Positions 52,712 to 62,078 of a DNA stretch of 64,000 nt are shown in pieces (the first letter of the stretch is position 1; the number at the start of each line of letters is the position of its first letter). The stretch covers positions 47,021-111,020 of IMG/VR virus record IMGVR_UViG_3300032237_001007; one strand, written 5' to 3'. Below the pieces are notes generated by a model that made no database searches, was not told the DNA's origin, and was given only the letters and a program-made list of their open reading frames with translations. This DNA comes from a virus. Taxonomy: Duplodnaviria > Caudoviricetes. A program made the position numbers and the translations under genes.

Positions 52712-53946
52712 AATTTTTTAGAGAATTAACTGAATATGAAAGAGATCGTTGCGTAGTCGCAACATATTACATTGAAGCATACTCTGAAATTGGAACACTG
52801 AGAGATGCTGCTTGGAACCTTGCGATTGGGCAAAGTGTAGGCAATCCAAAAGTTCGTAATCGTTGGGAGAGTGATGAACTCTTTGAACTTGCATCTTGTG
52901 TCATTTATGATGATGAACAAGAACTTTCAGAGAAATATGTTGGTGAGGTAAAGATTGGTTTTCCCAAAGTCAATACTGACTGGGAAGGTGATGGTATTTC
53001 ACATCTTCTCTGTCAGTTGATGGGAGGTCAACTGGATATTGATGTATTCAAGGTTTGTCGTCTTCAAAAACTGGAATTTCCTGCTGATGTAGAGGCACAA
53101 TTCCTTGGTCCCAAGAATGGAATTGATGGCATTCGTAAGTTTGTCAATCGTTATGATAAACCACTCTCTGGTGCGATTGTAAAACCCAAGACAGGTATTT
53201 CACCACAAACTCTTTCTGAGATGGTGAAAGAACTTCTGGATGGTGGTGTAGATTTCATTAAAGAAGATGAAATTCTTTCTAATCCTTCATTCTGCCGTCT
53301 TGAAGATCGTGTAGAACTGATTTCAAATATTGTGAATAATTGTGGAAGAAATGTAATTTATACCTTCTGTATTAACGGAGATCATCATACCATTCTTAAT
53401 CGTGCCAAGTTTGTTGCTGATAATGGTGGGAATGGTATTCATATCAACTTCTGGTCTGGTCTGGGAGTTTATAACTCTGTGAGAAAGATGGATCTTCCTC
53501 TGTTTATTCACTATCAAAAGAGTGGTGATAAGATCCTTACAGACAAGAGACACGCATTTGGAATAGATTGGGATGTTCTTTGTGATCTTGCTGGTCTTTG
53601 TGGAGTTGATACCATTCACGCAGGAATGTGGGGTGGTTATTTAAGTGATGATGAGAATGAACTTCGTCAAACGATGGCAACACTTCATAAGAGAAATGTT
53701 CTTCCAGCATTAAGTTGTGGAATGCATCCAGGCATTGTGAATACGACCGCAGAGAAGTTTGGTACTGATTTCCTTGCTAATTGTGGTGGTGCCATTCACG
53801 GGCATCCTGGAGGCACTCTATCTGGTGCTTTGGCTATGAGGCAGTCAATTGATAAAACTCCCGGACCTGAGTTTCGTGCTGCTATTGATAAATGGGGTTA
53901 TGAAACTGGTGGAGGTTCTCTTCCAGAATGGGTATTGGATTTTTGA
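52708..53946 (+). CDS. RuBisCO-like protein (form IV, large-subunit fold)
   Basis: GP..GI.GIR, IVKPKTG, GGVDFIKEDE, DTIHAG, LSCGMHP, GGAIHGHPGG..GA.AMR; lacks several carboxylation residues. Confidence 0.92.
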   Translation: MKFFRELTEYERDRCVVATYYIEAYSEIGTLRDAAWNLAIGQSVGNPKVRNRWESDELFELASCVIYDDEQELSEKYVGEVKIGFPKVNTDWEGDGISHLLCQLMGGQLDIDVFKVCRLQKLEFPADVEAQFLGPKNGIDGIRKFVNRYDKPLSGAIVKPKTGISPQTLSEMVKELLDGGVDFIKEDEILSNPSFCRLEDRVELISNIVNNCGRNVIYTFCINGDHHTILNRAKFVADNGGNGIHINFWSGLGVYNSVRKMDLPLFIHYQKSGDKILTDKRHAFGIDWDVLCDLAGLCGVDTIHAGMWGGYLSDDENELRQTMATLHKRNVLPALSCGMHPGIVNTTAEKFGTDFLANCGGAIHGHPGGTLSGALAMRQSIDKTPGPEFRAAIDKWGYETGGGSLPEWVLDF

Positions 53947-53948
53947 TT

Positions 53949-54437
53949 ATGAAAATTATTGCACATAGAGGAAATCTTGATGGACCAAATCCATTAAGAG
54001 AAAATAGTCCAGACTATATTGATGAAGCAATTGAAGCAGGATTTGATGTTGAAATTGATTTGAGACATAAGGATCATCAGTTTTATTTGGGGCACGATGA
54101 TCCACAATATCATATTCCTATGACTTGGTTAGTCAAAAGAAAGGATAAACTTTGGATTCATTGTAAAGATTTAGAATCTTTAGATGTCATTTCTAGCAGT
54201 CCTGTTGATTTTCATTACTTTTGGCACGAAAATGATAGATACACATTAACAAGCAAAGGAATTGGATGGGTTTTAGTTGGTCAATTCCCATTTAAAAAAT
54301 CTATTGTAGTTCTTCCAGAAACCATCAATTATTATGATAAGTATGGAGAGTCTTATGATAGAATATTAAATACAATGGGTATTTGCACCGATGTCTGTAA
54401 TTTTTATAAAAAACAATTGGAGGAATTAAACAAATGA
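53949..54437 (+). CDS. Glycerophosphodiester phosphodiesterase/PI-PLC-like protein
   Basis: IIAHRG, EN, VEID, LGHD, HCK, GICTD. Confidence 0.8.
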   Translation: MKIIAHRGNLDGPNPLRENSPDYIDEAIEAGFDVEIDLRHKDHQFYLGHDDPQYHIPMTWLVKRKDKLWIHCKDLESLDVISSSPVDFHYFWHENDRYTLTSKGIGWVLVGQFPFKKSIVVLPETINYYDKYGESYDRILNTMGICTDVCNFYKKQLEELNK

Positions 54438-55075
54438 AATGGGAAACTGATCTTACTAAAGATATTAGAAGTAATACGGAACATGATTATACTGAAGCCG
54501 GTATAAATCACTTTTTACATATTTGGCCAGGAATACCTAATGACCCTGGAGTATATAATCCATATAATGGAAAAGAATGTACCGAATGTAATAAATCAGC
54601 ACTATTAGAACAATTTCTTAAAGTTAGAGATAATGCCAAAGCAATTTTAGAAATTGGTATTGGTCGTAATGGCGTAGATTCTTTTGCTCATGTGTTTTTC
54701 TCAAATAAAAAAGATGAAACTAAGTATGTCGGAATTGACATAGAAGACCGTAGTTGGTTAGTTGATTGTGGAGATAACATTTATACAATTCAAGGTAGTA
54801 GTTCAAACTATGAAGAAAATGTAGAAATTTTCAAAACCATGGGTATAGATAAATTTGATTTTATTTTTATTGACGGCGATCATAGTGTAAATCAAGTACT
54901 TCTTGATTGGGAATATTCTCGTCTTTTAAATGATGGTGGAATTGTCGGATTTCATGATACAAGTCATCATACTGGTCCATATCTATTTGTGAGAAATTTA
55001 AATACTGATATTTGGGATGTAGTTGTAAATGCTTGTCCCGAAGATTATGGAATTGGATTTGCAACTAAAAAATAA
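54434..55075 (+). CDS. Class I SAM methyltransferase (Methyltransf_24-like)
   Basis: ILEIGI, GID, FIDGDHS, GGIVGFHD. Confidence 0.85.
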   Translation: MKWETDLTKDIRSNTEHDYTEAGINHFLHIWPGIPNDPGVYNPYNGKECTECNKSALLEQFLKVRDNAKAILEIGIGRNGVDSFAHVFFSNKKDETKYVGIDIEDRSWLVDCGDNIYTIQGSSSNYEENVEIFKTMGIDKFDFIFIDGDHSVNQVLLDWEYSRLLNDGGIVGFHDTSHHTGPYLFVRNLNTDIWDVVVNACPEDYGIGFATKK

Positions 55076-55077
55076 TT

Positions 55078-56094
55078 ATGAATTATTTGGAAACTTTAAA
55101 AAAAAAATATAAAGTTATTATTTGGGGATTTAAACCAAATTCCCAAGGTATTTTTAAAAATACTGTAGGATATGTTTGGAAAGGATTTTATAATGGATTT
55201 AAGGCTTTGGGTTTTGATACTTATTGGTTTTCTGATGAAGATTATGACCCATCTTTAGATTATTCTAATTGTATTTTTATTGTAGAAGCTTGGGATAGTA
55301 ATAAAATACCACTCAATAAGAATTCCATCTATTATGTACATTGTGCATATGATCCATCAAAATATATTGGAAAAGTTGGAAAATTTATTGATCTGAGATA
55401 TAATCAAAAATATATGCGTAATCCTAATTATAATTTTGATAGAAATAAGAGTGATGATATTAAATTAGGACCATGCTGTTATTATCAAGAATCTACGAAT
55501 AAAATCATTCACTTAAAAAATCAATTTGTGGATTATGATATTGAAGATTTTGATAAAATTTATATCAGTTGGGCAACAGATTTATTACCAGATCAAATGA
55601 ATGAAGATGATATTTTTCTGGAAAGAGAAAATCTAATAGTATTTTTAGGCACAATTTATTATGATCACTATACAAATATTCCAGAGATTAATGAATTTGG
55701 AGAAGTTTGTAAAAAAAATCAAGTAAATTTTTTGGTGAATCCATATTCATTTGGTCCGGATCAAATATCTAGTGACGATTATATTTCATGCTATAAAAAA
55801 TCTTTGTTTGGATTAGATTTACGTGGACAAGACAATATAAAAACTGGTTATATTCCGTGTAGAGTTTTCAAAAATGCTAGTTATGGTCTGTTAAGTACTA
55901 CTAATTCTGATGAAATATATAATGAAATGGAGGGACATTGTGTATATAATCCTTCAGTAAGTCAATTATTTTATGATGCCATGGAAAAAAGAAATGATTT
56001 TGATTTTATTAAAAAGTCATTTAATTATGTGAAAGAAAATCATACTTATATCAATAGAGTTACAAGTATTTTGAAAATTCTAGAAGGATCTTAA
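55078..56094 (+). CDS. Putative GT-B glycosyltransferase
   Basis: YIPCRVFKNASYG, VKENHTYINRV C-terminal motif. Confidence 0.7.
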   Translation: MNYLETLKKKYKVIIWGFKPNSQGIFKNTVGYVWKGFYNGFKALGFDTYWFSDEDYDPSLDYSNCIFIVEAWDSNKIPLNKNSIYYVHCAYDPSKYIGKVGKFIDLRYNQKYMRNPNYNFDRNKSDDIKLGPCCYYQESTNKIIHLKNQFVDYDIEDFDKIYISWATDLLPDQMNEDDIFLERENLIVFLGTIYYDHYTNIPEINEFGEVCKKNQVNFLVNPYSFGPDQISSDDYISCYKKSLFGLDLRGQDNIKTGYIPCRVFKNASYGLLSTTNSDEIYNEMEGHCVYNPSVSQLFYDAMEKRNDFDFIKKSFNYVKENHTYINRVTSILKILEGS

Positions 56095-56096
56095 TC

Positions 56097-56813
56097 ATGA
56101 AAGTAGCATTTTGTTTTGCCGGACAACCACGAGATGTTAGAAATACTCTGGATAATATTAAAAAATCTTGGGGAACACATCAGGAATTAGATTTCTTTTT
56201 TCATTCTTGGATTCCAAATAAAGAAGGTCCATATAGAATAGACACTCCATCAGATGTGTATACTAACGATATTAACGATTATGTTTTGAATAAATTAAAT
56301 CCTGTAAAATATGAATTCGAAAATCAAATAATTTTTTCAAATTATTATTCAGATTCTGTTCATTGGCCAATTCGTAGCAACAACATTCCAAATCCATCTC
56401 AGAATATTCAATCATTTTTTTATTCAATTAAGAAAAGCAATGAATTGAAAAAGCAATATGAAATTGAGAATAACTTTAAATATGATTGTGTAATTAGATG
56501 TAGATTTGACTACTTATTCACAAAAGTGTATAATGTTAATGACTTTGATTTAAATTATTTGAATGTAAAAAACGATTGCAAACATACTGAATATGCAATC
56601 AATGATCACATTGCATTATCTAATAGTGAAAATATGGATTTATATTCCACGGTATTTGATAATATACCAGAACATTATAGTAATGGTATAGAATTCAATA
56701 CTGAAGTTATTCTTGGATACAATGCCTACATTAATGGATTAAAATATCATAAAACCTTGGGAGACAATGAAGAATCATATGTCTCGACAAGATACGAAAG
56801 ATCTAGAATTTAA
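56097..56813 (+). CDS. Putative glycosyltransferase (MKIALCLSGQPR family), copy 2
   Basis: AGQPR, HSW, YDCVIRCRFD, NDH. Confidence 0.6.
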   Translation: MKVAFCFAGQPRDVRNTLDNIKKSWGTHQELDFFFHSWIPNKEGPYRIDTPSDVYTNDINDYVLNKLNPVKYEFENQIIFSNYYSDSVHWPIRSNNIPNPSQNIQSFFYSIKKSNELKKQYEIENNFKYDCVIRCRFDYLFTKVYNVNDFDLNYLNVKNDCKHTEYAINDHIALSNSENMDLYSTVFDNIPEHYSNGIEFNTEVILGYNAYINGLKYHKTLGDNEESYVSTRYERSRI

Positions 56814-56815
56814 CT

Positions 56816-57775
56816 ATGAATATTGCATTTGTTGGTCCCGGCATTATGCCTATTCCTCCTACTGGATGGGGCGCAGTAGAAATGTTAATTTGGGATTATG
56901 CCACAGTTCTTGGAGAACTTGGACATACAGGAGTAATTATCAATACTCCAGATAGAAATGAAATCATATATGAATTGTCTCAAGAAAAATTTGATATTGT
57001 GCATTTGCACTATGATGTTTTTCATGACATTATTCCTAGAATATTAGAAACAATAACTGGTAAATTAATTGTATCCAGTCACTATCCTTATATCAATCAT
57101 TCTGAAATGTGGGCAAATGATAATTATGCTCCAACAGCAAAAACTTATAGTGATAATCAAAGATTTCATATATTTTGTTCTAGTCAAAAAGATATTGATA
57201 CCTTTGTCAATCTTGGTGCTAATCCTTATCGTTGTTGGTTGAGTAGACTGGGAGTTTTTTCAAAATCATATGAATTTGATGAAAATGCAACATATGATCG
57301 CACTCTAGCTTTTTCTCAAATTTGTGATAGAAAAAGACAATATCTTATTGAGAATTTGGAAGATGTTGATTTTATTGGTAGAATGGAATATGGTAGATTC
57401 AGAAACACTACAAATTATCTTGGTGAAATGCCAAGAGAAAAATTGAATAAAGAAATAACCAAATATTCTAACTTTACATTATTAAGTTCTGTTGAAAATA
57501 CAACACCCTTAGCAGTTAAGGAAGCACTTATCTGTGGATTGGGAGTTGTAGTTTCTGAACAAGTATCTGTTGAATTAGATACTACTTTAGAATTTATTGA
57601 TGTAATACCTGAGGATAAAATAGAAGATATTGAATATATCAAAACTATATTTGAAAAAAATAAAAAATATTCTAAAGAGAACAGAAAAAAGATCCGAGAC
57701 TATGGTATCAGCACTTTTGATGTTTCAAATATTTTAGAATTTGAATATATACCTAAACTTAAATCTATAATATGA
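56816..57775 (+). CDS. GT4-like glycosyltransferase, copy 1
   Basis: PIPPTGWGAVE, RKRQ, E..PL...EAL..GL. Confidence 0.8.
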   Translation: MNIAFVGPGIMPIPPTGWGAVEMLIWDYATVLGELGHTGVIINTPDRNEIIYELSQEKFDIVHLHYDVFHDIIPRILETITGKLIVSSHYPYINHSEMWANDNYAPTAKTYSDNQRFHIFCSSQKDIDTFVNLGANPYRCWLSRLGVFSKSYEFDENATYDRTLAFSQICDRKRQYLIENLEDVDFIGRMEYGRFRNTTNYLGEMPREKLNKEITKYSNFTLLSSVENTTPLAVKEALICGLGVVVSEQVSVELDTTLEFIDVIPEDKIEDIEYIKTIFEKNKKYSKENRKKIRDYGISTFDVSNILEFEYIPKLKSII

Positions 57776-58722
57776 AAATTAGTATTATTGGTCCAGCACT
57801 TCCTATTCCACCCAAAGGTTGGGGTGCGGTTGAAAGTTTAATTTGGGACTATAAGATTTTTTTAGAAAAATTAAATCATGATGTTCAAATCATAAACATT
57901 TCAGATCCAAATCAAATTATTAATAAAATCAATCAATTTAATCCAGATTTTGTTCATATTAATTATGATGATTGGATTGTTTTATATCCTTATATTCAAT
58001 ATCCATGCGCATGTACCACTCATTATGCATACATTGATCAATTTGAAAAAATGGGTGGATATCAAAATATTTTTAATGTGTTTGCACAATATAAACCAAA
58101 TATATTTTGTTTATCCGAAACCATAAAAAATGTATATAAAAATGTTTGCGGAATATCTTCGGATAATTTATACTTAACTCCAAACGGAGTTAATATTGAT
58201 GCTTTTAGAAAAGTAGATAATCCACTTCACTATGACCAATCAATTTATTTGGCAAAAATTGATTACCGAAAACGTCAACATTTGTTTCAATCTATAGATA
58301 ATCTTTGGTATGCCGGAAATGTTGCAGATTCAAGATTTGATGTAAATAAAAATTATCTTGGAGAGTTTACAAAACCTCAATTGTATGATAAATTAACTGA
58401 GTACGGAAATCTGGTTTTACTGAGTGATGGTGAGGCACATCCATTGGTGTGTATGGAAGCTCTTGCTTCTGGATTAGGATTGGTGATTAGTGAATATTCT
58501 ACGGCAAATTTGGATTTATCCAAACAATTTATTGATGTAATACCCGAAGATAAAATTTATGATATTGAATATATTAAAAATATTGTTAATAAAAATAGAG
58601 AATATTCCATAAAAAATAGGAATGAAATCTACGAATATTCTAAAGTTTTTAATTGGGAAACCATCATACAAAATTATTTTATTCCTTCGGTAAAAAAACT
58701 AATTAATACTTATAATAGATGA
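57772..58722 (+). CDS. GT4-like glycosyltransferase, copy 2
   Basis: PIPPKGWGAVE, TPNGV, RKRQ, EAHPLVCMEALASGL. Confidence 0.82.
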   Translation: MKISIIGPALPIPPKGWGAVESLIWDYKIFLEKLNHDVQIINISDPNQIINKINQFNPDFVHINYDDWIVLYPYIQYPCACTTHYAYIDQFEKMGGYQNIFNVFAQYKPNIFCLSETIKNVYKNVCGISSDNLYLTPNGVNIDAFRKVDNPLHYDQSIYLAKIDYRKRQHLFQSIDNLWYAGNVADSRFDVNKNYLGEFTKPQLYDKLTEYGNLVLLSDGEAHPLVCMEALASGLGLVISEYSTANLDLSKQFIDVIPEDKIYDIEYIKNIVNKNREYSIKNRNEIYEYSKVFNWETIIQNYFIPSVKKLINTYNR

Positions 58723-59507
58723 ACAAAAAAATTGCAATAATTTTCATAGGTACTGGTAAATATATTAATTTTTTTCCCAGATATTATAGGACATTTATGG
58801 AATATTTTGTTCCAGAGTGTTGGAAGGATTTTTATGTTTTTACTGATGGAGAATTATCTGAATTTTCTTATAGTAATGTTCATTTAGTATCTTCAAAAGA
58901 TACATTTGATTTTCCAAGTACAGGATATTCTCCAGAAAATTGGGATTATCTAATGCATCAAAGTATTGGTGGACTTGGTAGATTTAATCAAATCAAAAGA
59001 ATTAAATCTCAATTGTCATATTATGATTGGATGGTTTACTTGGATGCTGATATGTATTGTTGCCCCAAACTGATATCTTATCAAGAATTTTTTGATGATT
59101 CTAAATCATTTTTTGGTATTCAGCATCCCACAAGATCACCTTATTTTAAAAAATTTGACGGAGATCTTCCCTTTGAGAGAAATTTAGTATCTTCTGCCTG
59201 TGTATCAGAAGAAATGCAATTGGATGAAGTATATCTACAGGGATGTGTATGGGGAGGAAAAATTCCCGATGTTTTTGAACTAGTAGATGAATTGGACACA
59301 AGAATAAAATCAGATTTGTCTAATAATATTAGAGCAATTGCTCATGATGAAAGTCATTTAAATAGATATAGAATGGAAAACATTGATAAATTTCGAGTAC
59401 TTCCTTCATATTTTGCAAAGCCAGGAAACATACCGGATGATGAATTTATATCTCCGGCGAGAATGATTCATTCTCCAGCAGATAAACCTAAAATATTAGA
59501 GTGTTAA
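58719..59507 (+). CDS. Glycosyltransferase family 6, copy 2
   Basis: GTGKY, VFTD, LDADM, QHP, PFER, YLQGCVWGG, HDESHLNRY. Confidence 0.88.
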   Translation: MNKKIAIIFIGTGKYINFFPRYYRTFMEYFVPECWKDFYVFTDGELSEFSYSNVHLVSSKDTFDFPSTGYSPENWDYLMHQSIGGLGRFNQIKRIKSQLSYYDWMVYLDADMYCCPKLISYQEFFDDSKSFFGIQHPTRSPYFKKFDGDLPFERNLVSSACVSEEMQLDEVYLQGCVWGGKIPDVFELVDELDTRIKSDLSNNIRAIAHDESHLNRYRMENIDKFRVLPSYFAKPGNIPDDEFISPARMIHSPADKPKILEC

Positions 59508-59512
59508 TTATT

Positions 59513-60289
59513 ATGATTGGATTTGATTATTTGGGACAAAATGGAAGACTTGCAAATCAAATGTTTCAGTATGCAGCATTAAGAGGAATTGCATCATATA
59601 ATAATTATGATTTCTGTATTCCAAAAACTAATTTTAATGATGAATGGAAAGATAATAAACTTTTTGATGTATTTGAATTATCAAATTTAAAAAATATAGG
59701 ACATATATTTACAAGTTTTTATCCAGAAAAACAATTTCGGTATGATGATGAATATGTTAAAAATTGTCCTGATAATATAAGTTTACACGGATACTATCAA
59801 AGTGAAAAATATTTTAATCATATTGAAAATGATATAAGAAAAGATTTTACTTTTCATTCTCATATTTTTGATCCATGTGAAGAAATGATTTCTGAAATTG
59901 ATTCTCCAATTTCACTTCATGTTAGACGTACTGATTATATAACAGATAGAAATCATACTACACTAGATTTATCATATTATGAACAGGCACTTAATCAGTT
60001 TGATTTAAATAGAACTGTAATTGTTTTTTCTGATGATACAGACTGGTGTAAAACACAAAATTTATTTTCCTCAGACAGATTTATGATTTCTGAAAATATA
60101 GATAATGCAATTGATCTTTGTCTTATGACTTTATGTAGTGATCATATTATTGCAAATAGTTCTTTTAGTTGGTGGGGAGCATGGTTAGCAAATTCAAATA
60201 AGGTAATTTCTCCATCTACATGGTTTGGACCCGGAAATCAACATTTAGAAACACAAGATCTTATTCCCGAAAATTGGACAATAATATAA
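59513..60289 (+). CDS. Alpha-1,2-fucosyltransferase, GT11
   Basis: GRLANQMFQYA, GYYQSEKYF, HVRRTDY, FSDD..W, IIANSSFSWWGAWL. Confidence 0.92.
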   Translation: MIGFDYLGQNGRLANQMFQYAALRGIASYNNYDFCIPKTNFNDEWKDNKLFDVFELSNLKNIGHIFTSFYPEKQFRYDDEYVKNCPDNISLHGYYQSEKYFNHIENDIRKDFTFHSHIFDPCEEMISEIDSPISLHVRRTDYITDRNHTTLDLSYYEQALNQFDLNRTVIVFSDDTDWCKTQNLFSSDRFMISENIDNAIDLCLMTLCSDHIIANSSFSWWGAWLANSNKVISPSTWFGPGNQHLETQDLIPENWTII

Positions 60290-61080
60290 TGGACAAAAAT
60301 AAAGCACTGTATAAAGCAAAAGGATTTCCTCCAATTTATTATTTAAATCTTGATGGGCAACCTGAAAGAAGAGAATATATGGAAGATCAATTTAAATATT
60401 GGGAAATTGAAAATTACACTCGTATTTCTGCTTATGATGGAAGAAATGATGATCTAGGTGATATTCTTAAGGGAAGATATCCAGATGCTATGACTTCTGG
60501 TGAAGTTGGTTGTGTAACATCACATCTAAAAGCACTCAGGTATTTCTTAGAAACTTCTGATGCTCCTTGTGCTTTAATTATGGAAGATGATTGCGATCTG
60601 GATACTATCAAACACTGGCAATTTACTTGGAAAGAATTCTTTTCAAAAGTTCCATATGATTATGATGTAGTTCAACTTGCAATTATTAATACGGTTCAGG
60701 TAAATGTTCGTATTCATAAAAGATTTGTAAATGATTTTTCCACTGCCTGTTATTTAATTACTCGTCATCATGCACAAAAATTAATTAATCTTCATGTTCG
60801 TGAAGAAAAATATAAGTTAGATAATGGAGTTAAGCCAAGAGCAGTTGCCGATGATTTGATCTATAATTCTGGAAATACTTTTTCAATTCCTTTATTCATG
60901 TACAAGATTGAACTTGGATCTACAATTCATGGAGATCACATTGAAACTTTTCATAAGAGTAACTATGATGGTATTTGGAATTTCTGGATAAAAGATTCTA
61001 CTAATATCAGTGATTGGAATGCCATTTTTGACTATGATCCTTATTATGGAACTCTTCCTCCGGGATTTGAAGGAAAATAG
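60289..61080 (+). CDS. GT25-like glycosyltransferase
   Basis: YLNLD...ERR, RISAYDG, GEVGCVTSH, MEDD. Confidence 0.82.
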   Translation: MDKNKALYKAKGFPPIYYLNLDGQPERREYMEDQFKYWEIENYTRISAYDGRNDDLGDILKGRYPDAMTSGEVGCVTSHLKALRYFLETSDAPCALIMEDDCDLDTIKHWQFTWKEFFSKVPYDYDVVQLAIINTVQVNVRIHKRFVNDFSTACYLITRHHAQKLINLHVREEKYKLDNGVKPRAVADDLIYNSGNTFSIPLFMYKIELGSTIHGDHIETFHKSNYDGIWNFWIKDSTNISDWNAIFDYDPYYGTLPPGFEGK

Positions 61081-61083
61081 GGC

Positions 61084-61112
61084 TTGACAACTTTTTATGC
61101 CTCCTATATAAT
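61084..61112 (+). promoter_or_regulatory. Sigma70-type promoter for hli genes
   Basis: TTGACA-17 nt-TATAAT. Confidence 0.78.
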
Positions 61113-61136
61113 ACTGCAATGTTTCGTAAAAACCAA

Positions 61137-61343
61137 ATGATCACAACTAATGAGTTCGGACAGCAAAACGTCTTTGCAAAAGAACCTGAAATGTATATCT
61201 CTCAAACTGATGCAGAACGTTATGCACTTGAAACTCATGCCGAACGTGCCGAAAAAATGAACGGACGTTGGGCAATGGGTGGCATTATTGCTGGTCTCAT
61301 TTCTTATGCTCTTACTGGTAATTTTTTCTTCGGTATCTTCTGA
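61137..61343 (+). CDS. hli: High-light-inducible protein
   Basis: AEKMNGRWAM.G chlorophyll-binding motif, QNVFAKEP, TG.FFFGIF. Confidence 0.9.
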   Translation: MITTNEFGQQNVFAKEPEMYISQTDAERYALETHAERAEKMNGRWAMGGIIAGLISYALTGNFFFGIF

Positions 61344-61429
61344 TGACTGAAGTAATTTTTACTGTTACGAGCATTGCATTTTTTGTGCTTCTTGCACATT
61401 CTATCAATCAACTTTCTGAAACTTACTAA
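61343..61429 (+). CDS. 28-aa membrane peptide (MTEVIFTVTSIAFFVLLAHSINQLSETY)
   Basis: TGATG coupling to hli stop; single hydrophobic helix. Confidence 0.55.
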   Translation: MTEVIFTVTSIAFFVLLAHSINQLSETY

Positions 61430-61442
61430 GGAGAAAATTAAA

Positions 61443-61562
61443 ATGAAATTCGGATGGACACCTGAGGCAGAACGACTCAATGGTATTTTGGCTATGATTG
61501 GATTTGTAGTCGCAGTTGGAACTTATATCACGACCGGACAACTTATTCCCGGAGTGTTCTGA
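61443..61562 (+). CDS. hli: High-light-inducible protein
   Basis: AAGGAG RBS; FGWTPEAERLNG.LAMIGF...TGQLIPGVF (the usual Arg is Ile). Confidence 0.9.
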   Translation: MKFGWTPEAERLNGILAMIGFVVAVGTYITTGQLIPGVF

Positions 61563-61591
61563 GTCCCTAACATAAATAAGCATTCATACTC

Positions 61592-61623
61592 ATCCTCACT
61601 CTAAATACGGGTGAGGATTTTTT
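61592..61623 (+). terminator. Intrinsic terminator
   Basis: ATCCTCACTC/GGGTGAGGAT then T run. Confidence 0.75.
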
Positions 61624-61630
61624 TCTTTTT

Positions 61631-61792
61631 ATGCCTAGAAACGAACTCACAAAAGAACAAATTAGATGTCATGTAGAAAGATTAAAGAATGAATTATATA
61701 ACGAACAAATTGGTTATACATCAGATCCAAAGGGATTAGCGCACAAATATTTAAATCAAGTCTTGGATAAGATTCAGGAATATTATAGATGA
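61631..61792 (+). CDS. Small hypothetical protein (53 aa, MPRNELTKEQ...)
   Basis: Hand-translated ORF; LAHKYLNQVLD. Confidence 0.6.
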   Translation: MPRNELTKEQIRCHVERLKNELYNEQIGYTSDPKGLAHKYLNQVLDKIQEYYR

Positions 61793-61878
61793 CTATCTAT
61801 CATATACTTCAGTCTTATTTTATAATTATGTTTGTTCTCTTGATACTGAGAACATCAACTCATGAGTAATCATACCTA

Positions 61879-61912
61879 TTGACAGGATTTCCTGACAATG
61901 CTATGATAAATA
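61879..61912 (+). promoter_or_regulatory. psbA promoter: sigma70 overlapping late-type ATAAATA
   Basis: TTGACA 61879-61884, 17 nt, TATGAT 61902-61907 continuing into AAATA. Confidence 0.78.
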
Positions 61913-61944
61913 CAACAACAAGTTAAGAAATGTAAAAGAGTTCT

Positions 61945-62062
61945 TAACCTTGTTCTTCTGCAACCGAGACCATCAGAAGTTAAGTGTCTCTCATACTACC
62001 TTTCTCTTGAGGGTAGAGAAAGGAAATAACGTAAATAGGCAAACCCTAGCCTTACTTATTTC
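61945..62062 (+). ncRNA. Structured psbA leader, PhotoRC-II-like RNA motif
   Basis: CTTCTG/CAGAAG with GAGAC/GTCTC pseudoknot; CCTTTCTCT/AGAGAAAGG hairpin whose AGGGT loop complements downstream ACCCT. Confidence 0.65.
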
Positions 62063-62078
62063 TTTTTAGTAAAAAATT

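Noticed and set aside
52708-53946. True CO2-fixing RuBisCO (rbcL)
   Set aside because: E60, N123, H294/R295 and K334 equivalents are missing and there is no rbcS or prk in the window
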